This document shows, piece after piece, positions 10,718-19,101 of a stretch of 64,000 nt of DNA. The notes below the pieces were generated by a model. The model saw nothing but the letters and a program-made list of their open reading frames with translations, did not search any database and was not told the DNA's origin. The position numbers were made by a program, and so were the translations under genes. Position 1 is the stretch's first letter, and each line of letters starts with the position of its first letter. The DNA comes from a virus, in the IMG/VR virus record IMGVR_UViG_3300029711_000003, positions 32,001 through 96,000 of that record. The stretch is one strand, 5' to 3'.

Positions 10718-12166
10718 ATGTCAAGATTGAAATTTAGTTCCAATCTTTTTCTTGAGGTTAATGAGCTGCAACGGTTCAACAAATTCTTGGAAGAAGATGG
10801 ATGGAAAAGAGCAATGAAGGCAATATCAAAGAACTTCGGTATTGTTGAAAATGCGTCAAATTCCTACTTCAAAGTAACCGCACGTTCAGGTAGCAATTCG
10901 GTGATTGTAATCAATGCAGGTATTGCCTTTGATAGCAATATGGATGCTATCGTAATGACGGATGACTTGGAATTGTCGGTAGGAAATACTGGTTCAAACC
11001 GTTGGGTCATCTTATCAAGAGCCGTAACCAATGAAGAACAAGGAACTGTTAGCATCAATTCGGACGGTTCACTTTCAGGCATTGGAACTGAATTCACTAA
11101 GGTATTGAGAGGCCAACCCAATTTTCCTGTTAAGGTTAAATTCAACTCAACGAGCAATAACGGAGAATATGAAGTTGTTTCAGTTACTTCTGATACTTCG
11201 GCACTACTTTCGGGGTCATTCGTAAATCAAAGCAATATAAAGTATTCGGTTGTTGGAACATTCACACCTGGCTTCCAACCTACTGAAGATAACAAAATGA
11301 TTTATGAATATGACTCTTATAACATAGAGGTTGTTGATTCAGAGGATAGACCAGCTGTATCGGAAGATGAATTCATTCTTGCTATGATATCATTTGACGT
11401 CAGTGGTTCAATGAATGTTTCGGATGAAAGAATAAGATATATGTTTAACAATCCTTACACTCAATCCGATGAATCAGACAATTCTACTGACCCATTGGTA
11501 AGTTTATTGAGTACTGGGGTTGTTGGAGGTATTCATGCTGTAGGTAGTGCCGCCGCAGAATTTGAATTGATTATGGAACACGGATATACGGTAACAAGAC
11601 ATGAGTTGATTACCACTTCCACTTCCAATACTTTCAACATCATTAGTGGACAAAGTAATTTCTTGGGCACTGGTAACATTCCTGACGGTATGTTCAGAGG
11701 ATGGCTGCTTGTAAACCGAGCTAATATGAAGTATGCTTTGATTGATGACAATAGCAATAAGTCTTTGTACATTTCCAATCTTGATACTTCTATTATATTG
11801 GATAGCGTAAATGATTTCATCATTGTTCCTAATTGCAATGAAATTGAATATGAAGTTACAGTATCTAACAATGTTGACCATCCAAACATACCTTTCTATT
11901 TCAGAAGTTCTATTTGGAATTTATACACAAGAGCTAAGGTACATGCTTTTTATCCGAGCAATGACGTAGATAATTTTGACAATCAAGTCACTATAACCAT
12001 CAAATACCGTCTTATGGACAATAGCGGTAATCAACAGCCTTTTAGCAATCTTGCTATTGCTCAATTTGAAAACGTCAACGGACAGACAGAAACTCTTTCC
12101 GAAAGCTCATTTGTCGTTGACCTTACTACCATTGAACCTGAAGCTAAACAACGTAATTATTCTTGA
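10718..12166 (+). CDS. tail fibre / receptor-binding-module protein (by position)
   Basis: 482-aa Ser/Asn/Thr-rich ORF within the fibre region. Confidence 0.5.
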   Translation: MSRLKFSSNLFLEVNELQRFNKFLEEDGWKRAMKAISKNFGIVENASNSYFKVTARSGSNSVIVINAGIAFDSNMDAIVMTDDLELSVGNTGSNRWVILSRAVTNEEQGTVSINSDGSLSGIGTEFTKVLRGQPNFPVKVKFNSTSNNGEYEVVSVTSDTSALLSGSFVNQSNIKYSVVGTFTPGFQPTEDNKMIYEYDSYNIEVVDSEDRPAVSEDEFILAMISFDVSGSMNVSDERIRYMFNNPYTQSDESDNSTDPLVSLLSTGVVGGIHAVGSAAAEFELIMEHGYTVTRHELITTSTSNTFNIISGQSNFLGTGNIPDGMFRGWLLVNRANMKYALIDDNSNKSLYISNLDTSIILDSVNDFIIVPNCNEIEYEVTVSNNVDHPNIPFYFRSSIWNLYTRAKVHAFYPSNDVDNFDNQVTITIKYRLMDNSGNQQPFSNLAIAQFENVNGQTETLSESSFVVDLTTIEPEAKQRNYS

Positions 12167-12167
12167 T

Positions 12168-13022
12168 ATGTTACTATATTTAACAGGTGCAAGCACCTCA
12201 TTAGTTAAAAGTGAGGACAATCCTCAAACAGATGCAAGTAAGAGCTTGGGTGGATATATTTCTTCCACTCCAGCTCCCAACGCTGCTTTGAATAGTTTGT
12301 TTGATATGATTTCTTCTTATACTTTGGAGAAGAAGCAAAAAGAAACTATTGCGCTTGGTTTGATTAACCAATTAGAAACAGCCGTAAAGAACGTTGAATT
12401 GAAAATAGTAACGGACGTTGATAACGTAGCTACATTCAAAGTAGCAGCCGTTGCTGTTAGTTCAGACAACTATCGGATGGAAAGTATTTCAAGCCGTTAT
12501 CAGGAGCCTATGGCGGCTGAATTTCATGATGCTTCATTTTACAGAGCTTGCGTTGATTTAGAGGTTACTCAATACGCTGGTAAGGATGAAGAAATAGCAC
12601 TTTATCCATTTGGCATTTCTTTCGTTGTTCAGGAAGAAGGATGGGAAGGAACATGGAAGGCTTTTGAAGAGGCATTTTCCAATGACGAAACATACGAGAT
12701 AAGGCGAATATCTAAAAAGAAATATAGGATTGGCAGGCGTGACGAAAAATTATTGGAAAAACCACTTAAATGTTTTTACATAACCACTGAAGGTTTTAAG
12801 GCAGAATTTTTAGGCGAATTATCCAATGAATCTGACAATACGGTATTGATTTCTGAAAGACTGGAGCCGAAAGAAGCAATTGGATTATGGATTCAAAGAG
12901 ATATAAAAGACTCATCAATTTCCAGTAATGAACAATTACTTGAAGATTACAAACATCATGTCATTAAGGAAACTGTTGAGGATGTAGAAATTGTTGTAAG
13001 CTACGATTTAGGAGAGCCGTGA
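12168..13022 (+). CDS. tail-fibre-module protein, unknown function
   Basis: Start chosen at ATG 12168, 1 nt after the upstream TGA. The listed 12051 start lies inside the previous gene. Confidence 0.5.
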   Translation: MLLYLTGASTSLVKSEDNPQTDASKSLGGYISSTPAPNAALNSLFDMISSYTLEKKQKETIALGLINQLETAVKNVELKIVTDVDNVATFKVAAVAVSSDNYRMESISSRYQEPMAAEFHDASFYRACVDLEVTQYAGKDEEIALYPFGISFVVQEEGWEGTWKAFEEAFSNDETYEIRRISKKKYRIGRRDEKLLEKPLKCFYITTEGFKAEFLGELSNESDNTVLISERLEPKEAIGLWIQRDIKDSSISSNEQLLEDYKHHVIKETVEDVEIVVSYDLGEP

Positions 13023-13106
13023 AATAAAACTCCAGATATAGACATAATTGAATGAGGTAAAACTTATTCAAAGCAAATTAAATGTTAAACTTAAATTATT
13101 AAAATT

Positions 13107-13316
13107 ATGGACGAAAATGTCGGTAAGATTTATTGCTTGGACAGAGGCAATGATGATGCGTTAGCAGCTGCTATTTTAGCAAATGGTAATAGACGTGATT
13201 ATGACCCGATGACTGCGGCGGCTCTGCTGAAGCAGACTCAGAGACTTCTGAACGCTTATCGTAATGGTTGCGGCTGTGGATGTAACGATGGTTGCGGAAA
13301 CGGCTGCGGTTGCTAA
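13107..13316 (+). CDS. 69-aa Cys/Gly-rich peptide (leader-like N part, C-terminal CGCGCNDGCGNGCGC)
   Basis: ATG-initiated ORF preceded by an 84-bp AT-rich spacer. It is visibly more GC-rich than the flanks. Six Cys occur in the last 15 residues as Cys-X-Cys repeats. Confidence 0.55.
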   Translation: MDENVGKIYCLDRGNDDALAAAILANGNRRDYDPMTAAALLKQTQRLLNAYRNGCGCGCNDGCGNGCGC

Positions 13317-13334
13317 TTAAAGGAGGGCACTACT

Positions 13335-13760
13335 ATGGCAGTATATTTATCACCCGTGGGATTATCATCTGCGCCAGTAGCAAACCAAGTTTCTTTGTCA
13401 GCAACTTTCAAAGAACGTCTTTGTCGTAGAATTTGCGAAAATTCAACAAATCAACCTGAAGCATTCGTAACTTATAAGACTGGTACTCCAATCTTTAATG
13501 GAACGACTGTTTTCGTACCTGTTATTGCTACTGTAACAATAGTAACGCCAGGATGCGGTTGTAAAGCTACAACTCAGGTTATTGTTGAAGAGTTTATGGC
13601 TACATTTCAAGGACAAACTGGATTGCCTACAAATGTTTCACTATCAGCTGAGGGACAAACTCAACGGTTGGCTAATGTTTCTTGCGGCAGTTCTAACTGT
13701 TTGGCGATTTACAGCTCATTGACTGTAACTATTACACCTGCTACAACGGCAGCTGCTTGA
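13335..13760 (+). CDS. 141-aa beta-rich, Cys-containing protein of unknown function
   Basis: A strong SD-like AAGGAGG lies 8 nt upstream of the ATG. Cys motifs are CRRIC, PGCGCK and SCGSSNC. A strong terminator follows immediately. Confidence 0.6.
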   Translation: MAVYLSPVGLSSAPVANQVSLSATFKERLCRRICENSTNQPEAFVTYKTGTPIFNGTTVFVPVIATVTIVTPGCGCKATTQVIVEEFMATFQGQTGLPTNVSLSAEGQTQRLANVSCGSSNCLAIYSSLTVTITPATTAAA

Positions 13761-13773
13761 GTTAGTTAATTTG

Positions 13774-13815
13774 GGGCAGAAGGTAGATTTTTACAGTTTA
13801 TCTTCTGCCCTTTTG
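13774..13815 (+). terminator. intrinsic terminator
   Basis: GGGCAGAAG (13774-13782) pairs with CTTCTGCCC (13802-13810), followed by TTTTG. Confidence 0.8.
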
Positions 13816-13842
13816 TATAAACAATTAAATAAATGAATCGTT

Positions 13843-14349
13843 ATGTTACAGTTCAAAGACATTAAGCAAAACTCAAATGTTTACATTCTTGATAAGAATA
13901 CAGTTGAGATAACGACAGGAAAGATAAGCTCAGCTTCATTTCCAAAGCTGGAATACAATCCGCAAACTGGTCAACAACAGATGATGATAACATTCGGTAT
14001 CGAAGCCGATGGTAAATCACCCACTTATTCGATACCTGAATCAGCGTCAGTAGTTACGGCTGGCGATTTGATAATTGCTACAGAAAAGTCAGGTTTGTTG
14101 CATGATATTGAAATACTCAATAACACATCAGACCAATTCTTGACTAATGTTGACAATCTCATCGAACACCACAAAATGGTTAAGGAGAAAGCAACGGCAT
14201 TACTGTCTGACCTCAATCCAGTTTACAAAGAGAAACAGGAAACGGAAAAGAGGTTCAATAGCATTGAAGACAGATTCAATAAGTTTGAGAAGAAAGTGGA
14301 CGGCATGAGCCAAATGCTTGAGAATTTCATTAAAAAGATGGAGAGCTAA
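13843..14349 (+). CDS. coiled-coil protein, possible fibre assembly / accessory protein
   Basis: 168-aa ORF. The C-terminal half is heptad-like and K/E-rich. Confidence 0.45.
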   Translation: MLQFKDIKQNSNVYILDKNTVEITTGKISSASFPKLEYNPQTGQQQMMITFGIEADGKSPTYSIPESASVVTAGDLIIATEKSGLLHDIEILNNTSDQFLTNVDNLIEHHKMVKEKATALLSDLNPVYKEKQETEKRFNSIEDRFNKFEKKVDGMSQMLENFIKKMES

Positions 14350-14352
14350 GTT

Positions 14353-14886
14353 ATGGGAAAGAAAAGATTTATCATATTCCAGTGCTCTCAACACACTGAA
14401 GATAAGGTAGGAAACGAGCCAGTTCACGTTCACGGAGAAGTAACCTCATCAGGCAAAACTCACGATATTGAATTTACACTACCATATGAACAATCGGCAA
14501 ATGCCCTGATGTCCGCAAAGGGATATGTCGAATATGTTAAGAAACATGGATACCATTTTACTGAAAAACTTGCGGAACACGTCAGTAAGATGCTGTATAA
14601 TAAGATACCGCAGCTCCAATACATACCCGAAAGTCAAATATCGGATTTGATTGAAGCTAATAAAATCAATCTAAATAAAAAGGCAACATTAGGCGACATG
14701 ATATATGCTACTAATGTTGCTTATTCTACTTTCTATCCAGACCTGTTAAAAGATATGAAGGCATGCCTTATTCATGCCCACAAGATGGTTAATTCAGTGA
14801 ATGGATACGATGGTTCAGTATTTTGTCGCTGGACTGCTGACGCTATTGGTAAAGCGATAAAGATTGATTGGGAAAAATTTATATAA
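14353..14886 (+). CDS. hypothetical protein
   Basis: 177-aa ORF starting 3 nt after the previous stop. No motif recognised. Confidence 0.5.
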   Translation: MGKKRFIIFQCSQHTEDKVGNEPVHVHGEVTSSGKTHDIEFTLPYEQSANALMSAKGYVEYVKKHGYHFTEKLAEHVSKMLYNKIPQLQYIPESQISDLIEANKINLNKKATLGDMIYATNVAYSTFYPDLLKDMKACLIHAHKMVNSVNGYDGSVFCRWTADAIGKAIKIDWEKFI

Positions 14887-14898
14887 AAGAGGTGAGTT

Positions 14899-15585
14899 AT
14901 GGCAGGATATGATGATACATATAATATGATAATAAGCACGCTGATGGGGCGTCCAAACGGTACGGAGATTCAACCTGAAAACCATCAAGCGTTTGCTCTC
15001 AATATGCTGGAATATATACGGAGCTTGGAATTGCTTGCTAACGCACCTTTCATTGGCGTGGCTACACCTACTACACAACCCGTACAGCCCGATGATTCCC
15101 GTGCTTGCTATATAGCAGGAGTTGCCCAAGACCGCACAACTACCTTTCAGAACTTTCGTGATATGAACGGCAACCCCATTTCTATTACTAATGGGGAAAT
15201 GGAAGCGTGTTTAGTTATATTTGTTTGGAATGCTCAATATTGGAGTGCTGAAACAGTACCTACGAACATTATAAGTTCCGCTGACCAAGCGTACTTCTTC
15301 TACAACTTGACTATCCGAAAGACTTATGACAGCGTGTCGGATATGAATGCTGACGTATCAGCTCCAGTAGGTAATGACGGAAAATACATTAAGGTAGGAG
15401 AGATTGTTTCAGTTCATAATGAAGATGACCCGACTGAGGACGCTATATACAGTTGGGAAGAAGGTCCAAGATGGCAATTACAAATGAAATTATCTGCACT
15501 TGATAGCCGAGTATTTGACGGAGGTCGTGCGGATAGTAAGTATGGAGGAGCAAGAAACATCGATTGCGGCACAGCTCAGGTATAA
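14899..15585 (+). CDS. hypothetical protein (fibre module)
   Basis: 228-aa ORF with an SD-like GAGGTGA upstream and a terminator downstream. Confidence 0.5.
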   Translation: MAGYDDTYNMIISTLMGRPNGTEIQPENHQAFALNMLEYIRSLELLANAPFIGVATPTTQPVQPDDSRACYIAGVAQDRTTTFQNFRDMNGNPISITNGEMEACLVIFVWNAQYWSAETVPTNIISSADQAYFFYNLTIRKTYDSVSDMNADVSAPVGNDGKYIKVGEIVSVHNEDDPTEDAIYSWEEGPRWQLQMKLSALDSRVFDGGRADSKYGGARNIDCGTAQV

Positions 15586-15615
15586 GCTGAGACAGGGCTT
15601 ATTCAAGGTTGGGAA

Positions 15616-15664
15616 GAAGGAAATGATGTCAAAATGTATTGATGTTCATTTCCTTCTTTTTTTT
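15616..15664 (+). terminator. intrinsic terminator
   Basis: An 11-bp perfect stem, GAAGGAAATGA (15616-15626) with TCATTTCCTTC (15646-15656), followed by a T8 run. Confidence 0.85.
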
Positions 15665-15706
15665 ACTTATCAGTTATTATAAAACAAAACATTTAATATT
15701 AACATT

Positions 15707-18493
15707 ATGGCAGACAGAATTCAACAAAGGCGGGACACCGCCGCAAGATGGAAGCAATACAATCCCATATTGCTTGAAGGTGAGGTAGGGTATGTGACCG
15801 ATAACCCTAACCAGTATAAAATTGGCGATGGTGTTCATACTTGGAATGAACTACCGCTACGTGGATTTGACGGAATACTTGTTCATGAGCTTGGAAACAG
15901 TCAGACAGCAGCAATGAGTCAACAAGGAGTTAGTTATTCATTGCTTTTTCTTTTAAGAAGGGACGTATATTTTTCAGAATATTTTATTAATTCAAACCCT
16001 TCTTGGTTTTTAAACATAGGAGAAAAAATTGAAAAGTTTTCTCCATCATTATTTACAAAATTGTCTGATTATAAATCAAGCGAAGAACCACCTTTGGTTA
16101 ATTATACAACATATGTAATAAAGAATGACACTACAGACATTTTTTATGTGTATGTTAATTTTCGTTCTGATGCAAGATATTCTGACAACTTTAAATATTT
16201 AAAAGTTGCAATTTTTGATGAAAATGATAATAATACTGCAAATTCTTATGAAGATGGGAGTTTATTGCTTGGAGTTTATCCTAAAAATACTCTTGTTATA
16301 TCTGGCAATACTTGGGTATCGGAGCCAAGAAGAATATTATTACAAAACCTGATTTATGATTACTCTTATGATTCATATATTGAAAAAAATAAGAATAGCA
16401 TTGGTAATTATGTAGAATCATATGAAAAAGTTAACCTATTAAGTAATTATTTGATAACACAAAAAGAGGCAAACTGTTTTACAGAAGGTCATAGACTAAA
16501 GGTATTGGTAAAATGGGATGCTAATGTGGACATTGGAAATTATGCCTACATTACACAAGATATTGCTCCAAATTTTGATTTTAATTATAACTATCACTGG
16601 GAAATATATAATAAGGGGGATTATCCTATAACTATTAACATAGGGTTAACAAAAGGTGTTCATGATTGGAGTGAAGGGTACATCTTTAAAAAAGAATCGG
16701 TGGTAATAAACCCAGGAGAGAAATTCTCATTTACAGCGAATAAATATGATATTGTTAAGAGTTATTATGACCTTAATGGTAGAGATAGAGGAAACATTTA
16801 TGACCTTAATTTGCAATATACTTATATGCACACAGTATTGTATGGAGATACTGGAGCAAATACTGATATTTTTTCTCATTCTGGCAATATAGAAGTATCA
16901 ATGTATTATACAATAAACAATGATATATATGAGACAAATACTGAAAATTCAAGAAATTCAGGTTGGTTAGTAGGTGGATTGCCTAAAAATGCAATATTTA
17001 GGGATGAAAATCCGAACAATAAAGATTCATTTACTAAGGATGCTATGTCTGTAATACAGATTGATTACAGAACAATAAAACTTATAACTAATATAACTTC
17101 AAGTGTTATGGGTTCTGTTTATAGGGGAATTTATTGGAGAATTTATTATAACAATCTTGAAGATTTGAAAGGAATATGGAGGCTTACAAGTAAGTATAAC
17201 AAATATGACAATTGTCATATTCATTGGAATATATGTGATTGGAGTCCTAATGAACATGACGTTATAGATATAGATAACCCAGAAGGAGCATATAAAGATT
17301 ATGATTTATATTCTTTAATTACAAATTATAAGAGTGTGCATTCAGAAGATGGAAAGTGGACAGGAATACTTGAGAATCAGGGATTTTTATATATATCATT
17401 TCTGAATTATAATAAAGATGGATATTTTTCAGAATTTGAAGATATATTAACATTAGATTTCTTACCAAATGATTCAAAGGTTATTGCTTCAGAGTTCACT
17501 CCGCAAGCAGAAGAAAGAATTTTACAAATATCTCAAGATGGAACTGCTAACAAAACATTGATTACAAATTGGGGTGATAGTCTAACAGCTGGAGCAGGTT
17601 CATCAAATCATGATAACCAATCAATAGTATTATCAGCAATTAGAGATAAAGGTTATCCTGATTTAAGTCTATCAGATACCCAAGATATTACATATAGTAT
17701 AATGATGCAAGCACTTCTTGGTGATGACTATAATGTTATGAATTGTGGCGTAGGAGGAGAAAATATCAATACTATTGCGGCAAGACAAGGAGCAACCTAT
17801 TTGATTACTACAAATGACTTTACTCTTCCATCTGATACAACTCCCATACAAATAGGAGATTACACAACAAGATTAATGACTCCATGGGGAAGACAGGCAT
17901 CCCCTTTACTACAGGGGGATGGAAACTCTGTCAATCCATGTTATGTAGAGGGAATAGAATGTACACTTAAATGGACTGGAACATCTTGGTCAGATAGTAA
18001 TGGAACATATACTATTCAAAGGGTTGCTACTGGCGATAGAGAAATAAAATTTTCAAATAAAACGCCAATTATATTATACGGTTCTCAATTAAGTTCAAAT
18101 GCAAAAATAGCAGTATTATGGTGCTGGCAGAATGGAGGGTATAATGATGATAATGACTTGATTGAAAAGTTAGATAAAATGATTTCTACTTTACAAACAA
18201 ATAAATATCTCATAATAGGACTTCATTCAGGAGATACCTCAACAAGAGAAACGCAAGAAAATGCTTTATCTTCTAAATATGGCGGAAAGTTCTTTAATTG
18301 GAGGCAATATATTTCAACAAATGGAATGTATGATTTTGGCTTAACTCCTACTGAAGAAGATTTAACTGCAATGTCTAAAGGTGAATGTCCTAAATCTTTA
18401 CTGAAAGATAATGTTCATCTTAAAGCAGCTGGATATGCAATACTTGGATTCAAGATAATTGAGAGGTTCAAGGCTTTGGGATATGTTTCTTGA
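15707..18493 (+). CDS. tail fibre with conserved N-terminal fibre motif and C-terminal SGNH/GDSL hydrolase (putative receptor-modifying esterase)
   Basis: The N-terminus (IQQRRDTAARWKQYNPILLEGEVGYVTD..YKIGDGVHTWNELP) matches the widespread prophage tail-fibre / Mtd_N-type motif. The C-terminal ~330 aa carry SGNH blocks: GDSLTAG (I), GVGGENI (II), GGYND (III) and DNVHL (V). Confidence 0.8.
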   Translation: MADRIQQRRDTAARWKQYNPILLEGEVGYVTDNPNQYKIGDGVHTWNELPLRGFDGILVHELGNSQTAAMSQQGVSYSLLFLLRRDVYFSEYFINSNPSWFLNIGEKIEKFSPSLFTKLSDYKSSEEPPLVNYTTYVIKNDTTDIFYVYVNFRSDARYSDNFKYLKVAIFDENDNNTANSYEDGSLLLGVYPKNTLVISGNTWVSEPRRILLQNLIYDYSYDSYIEKNKNSIGNYVESYEKVNLLSNYLITQKEANCFTEGHRLKVLVKWDANVDIGNYAYITQDIAPNFDFNYNYHWEIYNKGDYPITINIGLTKGVHDWSEGYIFKKESVVINPGEKFSFTANKYDIVKSYYDLNGRDRGNIYDLNLQYTYMHTVLYGDTGANTDIFSHSGNIEVSMYYTINNDIYETNTENSRNSGWLVGGLPKNAIFRDENPNNKDSFTKDAMSVIQIDYRTIKLITNITSSVMGSVYRGIYWRIYYNNLEDLKGIWRLTSKYNKYDNCHIHWNICDWSPNEHDVIDIDNPEGAYKDYDLYSLITNYKSVHSEDGKWTGILENQGFLYISFLNYNKDGYFSEFEDILTLDFLPNDSKVIASEFTPQAEERILQISQDGTANKTLITNWGDSLTAGAGSSNHDNQSIVLSAIRDKGYPDLSLSDTQDITYSIMMQALLGDDYNVMNCGVGGENINTIAARQGATYLITTNDFTLPSDTTPIQIGDYTTRLMTPWGRQASPLLQGDGNSVNPCYVEGIECTLKWTGTSWSDSNGTYTIQRVATGDREIKFSNKTPIILYGSQLSSNAKIAVLWCWQNGGYNDDNDLIEKLDKMISTLQTNKYLIIGLHSGDTSTRETQENALSSKYGGKFFNWRQYISTNGMYDFGLTPTEEDLTAMSKGECPKSLLKDNVHLKAAGYAILGFKIIERFKALGYVS

Positions 18494-18519
18494 AACATCA
18501 GATAACTAATAAATACACA

Positions 18520-18546
18520 GGGGATGATTTTTTCATCCCCCTTTTT
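18520..18546 (+). terminator. intrinsic terminator
   Basis: GGGGATGA (18520-18527) pairs with TCATCCCC (18533-18540), followed by CTTTTT. Confidence 0.8.
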
Positions 18547-18755
18547 ATAATAAAATCAAAGTTATAAGTAATGCGTGAACGTCTTTACCAGTAACGCACG
18601 AGAGGCAGCAATGTCCTGGATAATTGAGGGGTAAACTTCTGACAACTGCCGACTATCATACCCAAGTAATTAAAACAATATTGTCAAACATAGGGGATTT
18701 AGGGGTTAAACTTTCACTTTATATCCTAATCACCCCAAGTAATTAAAGAAAAAAA

Positions 18756-19101
18756 ATGGACAAACAAAAAACCGTTTGGGAAGCATTTATGGAATTTGTT
18801 AATTCCAAAGAAATTGGTACTATTATAACACGCCAAGAAATTATACAATATATAAACCGAGAAAACTGGCATGTGTCCATACGGAGGTACTACCAGTGAT
18901 ATTGAAGGATATTGGAATAATATCAATTTTTGTCATAAGCATTATTCTGTAAGCACTCTTGACTATATGCGCAACCTTGCTGAAAAGGTGTATTATTTAG
19001 ACAAAACACGTTGCTCTGGTATGTATGTTGTTAACAAACACTTTCCTTCAGGCTACACCGTTTCTCAGTTAAGAAAAGATTATGATAGTAGAACATGGTA
19101 G
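18756..19101 (+). pseudogene. small gene split between two overlapping frames (frameshifted or indel-containing)
   Basis: ATG 18756 opens a 47-codon frame that ends at TGA 18897-18899. The +1 frame is open from 18856 and runs to 19101 (listed ORF 18871..19101). Removing one A from the AAAA run at 18862-18865 would fuse them into a ~114-aa ORF. Confidence 0.35.

Noticed and set aside
13318-13334. Shine-Dalgarno-like AGGAGG sequences upstream of a few genes (13335, 45495, 50422 and 57594) as a special translational class.
   Set aside because: These sequences are real, but there are too few of them and they are too heterogeneous to call a distinct system by eye. I mention them only as supporting evidence for individual start sites.
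15500-15682. A 60-aa ORF spanning the gap after the 228-aa gene.
   Set aside because: It runs straight through the 11-bp-stem terminator and its T-run, and it overlaps the end of the upstream gene in another frame.
15707-18493. Diversity-generating retroelement target, given the Mtd-type N-terminal motif of the fibre.
   Set aside because: There is no reverse transcriptase, no template/variable repeat pair, and no C-type-lectin-like C-terminus. The C-terminus is an SGNH hydrolase.
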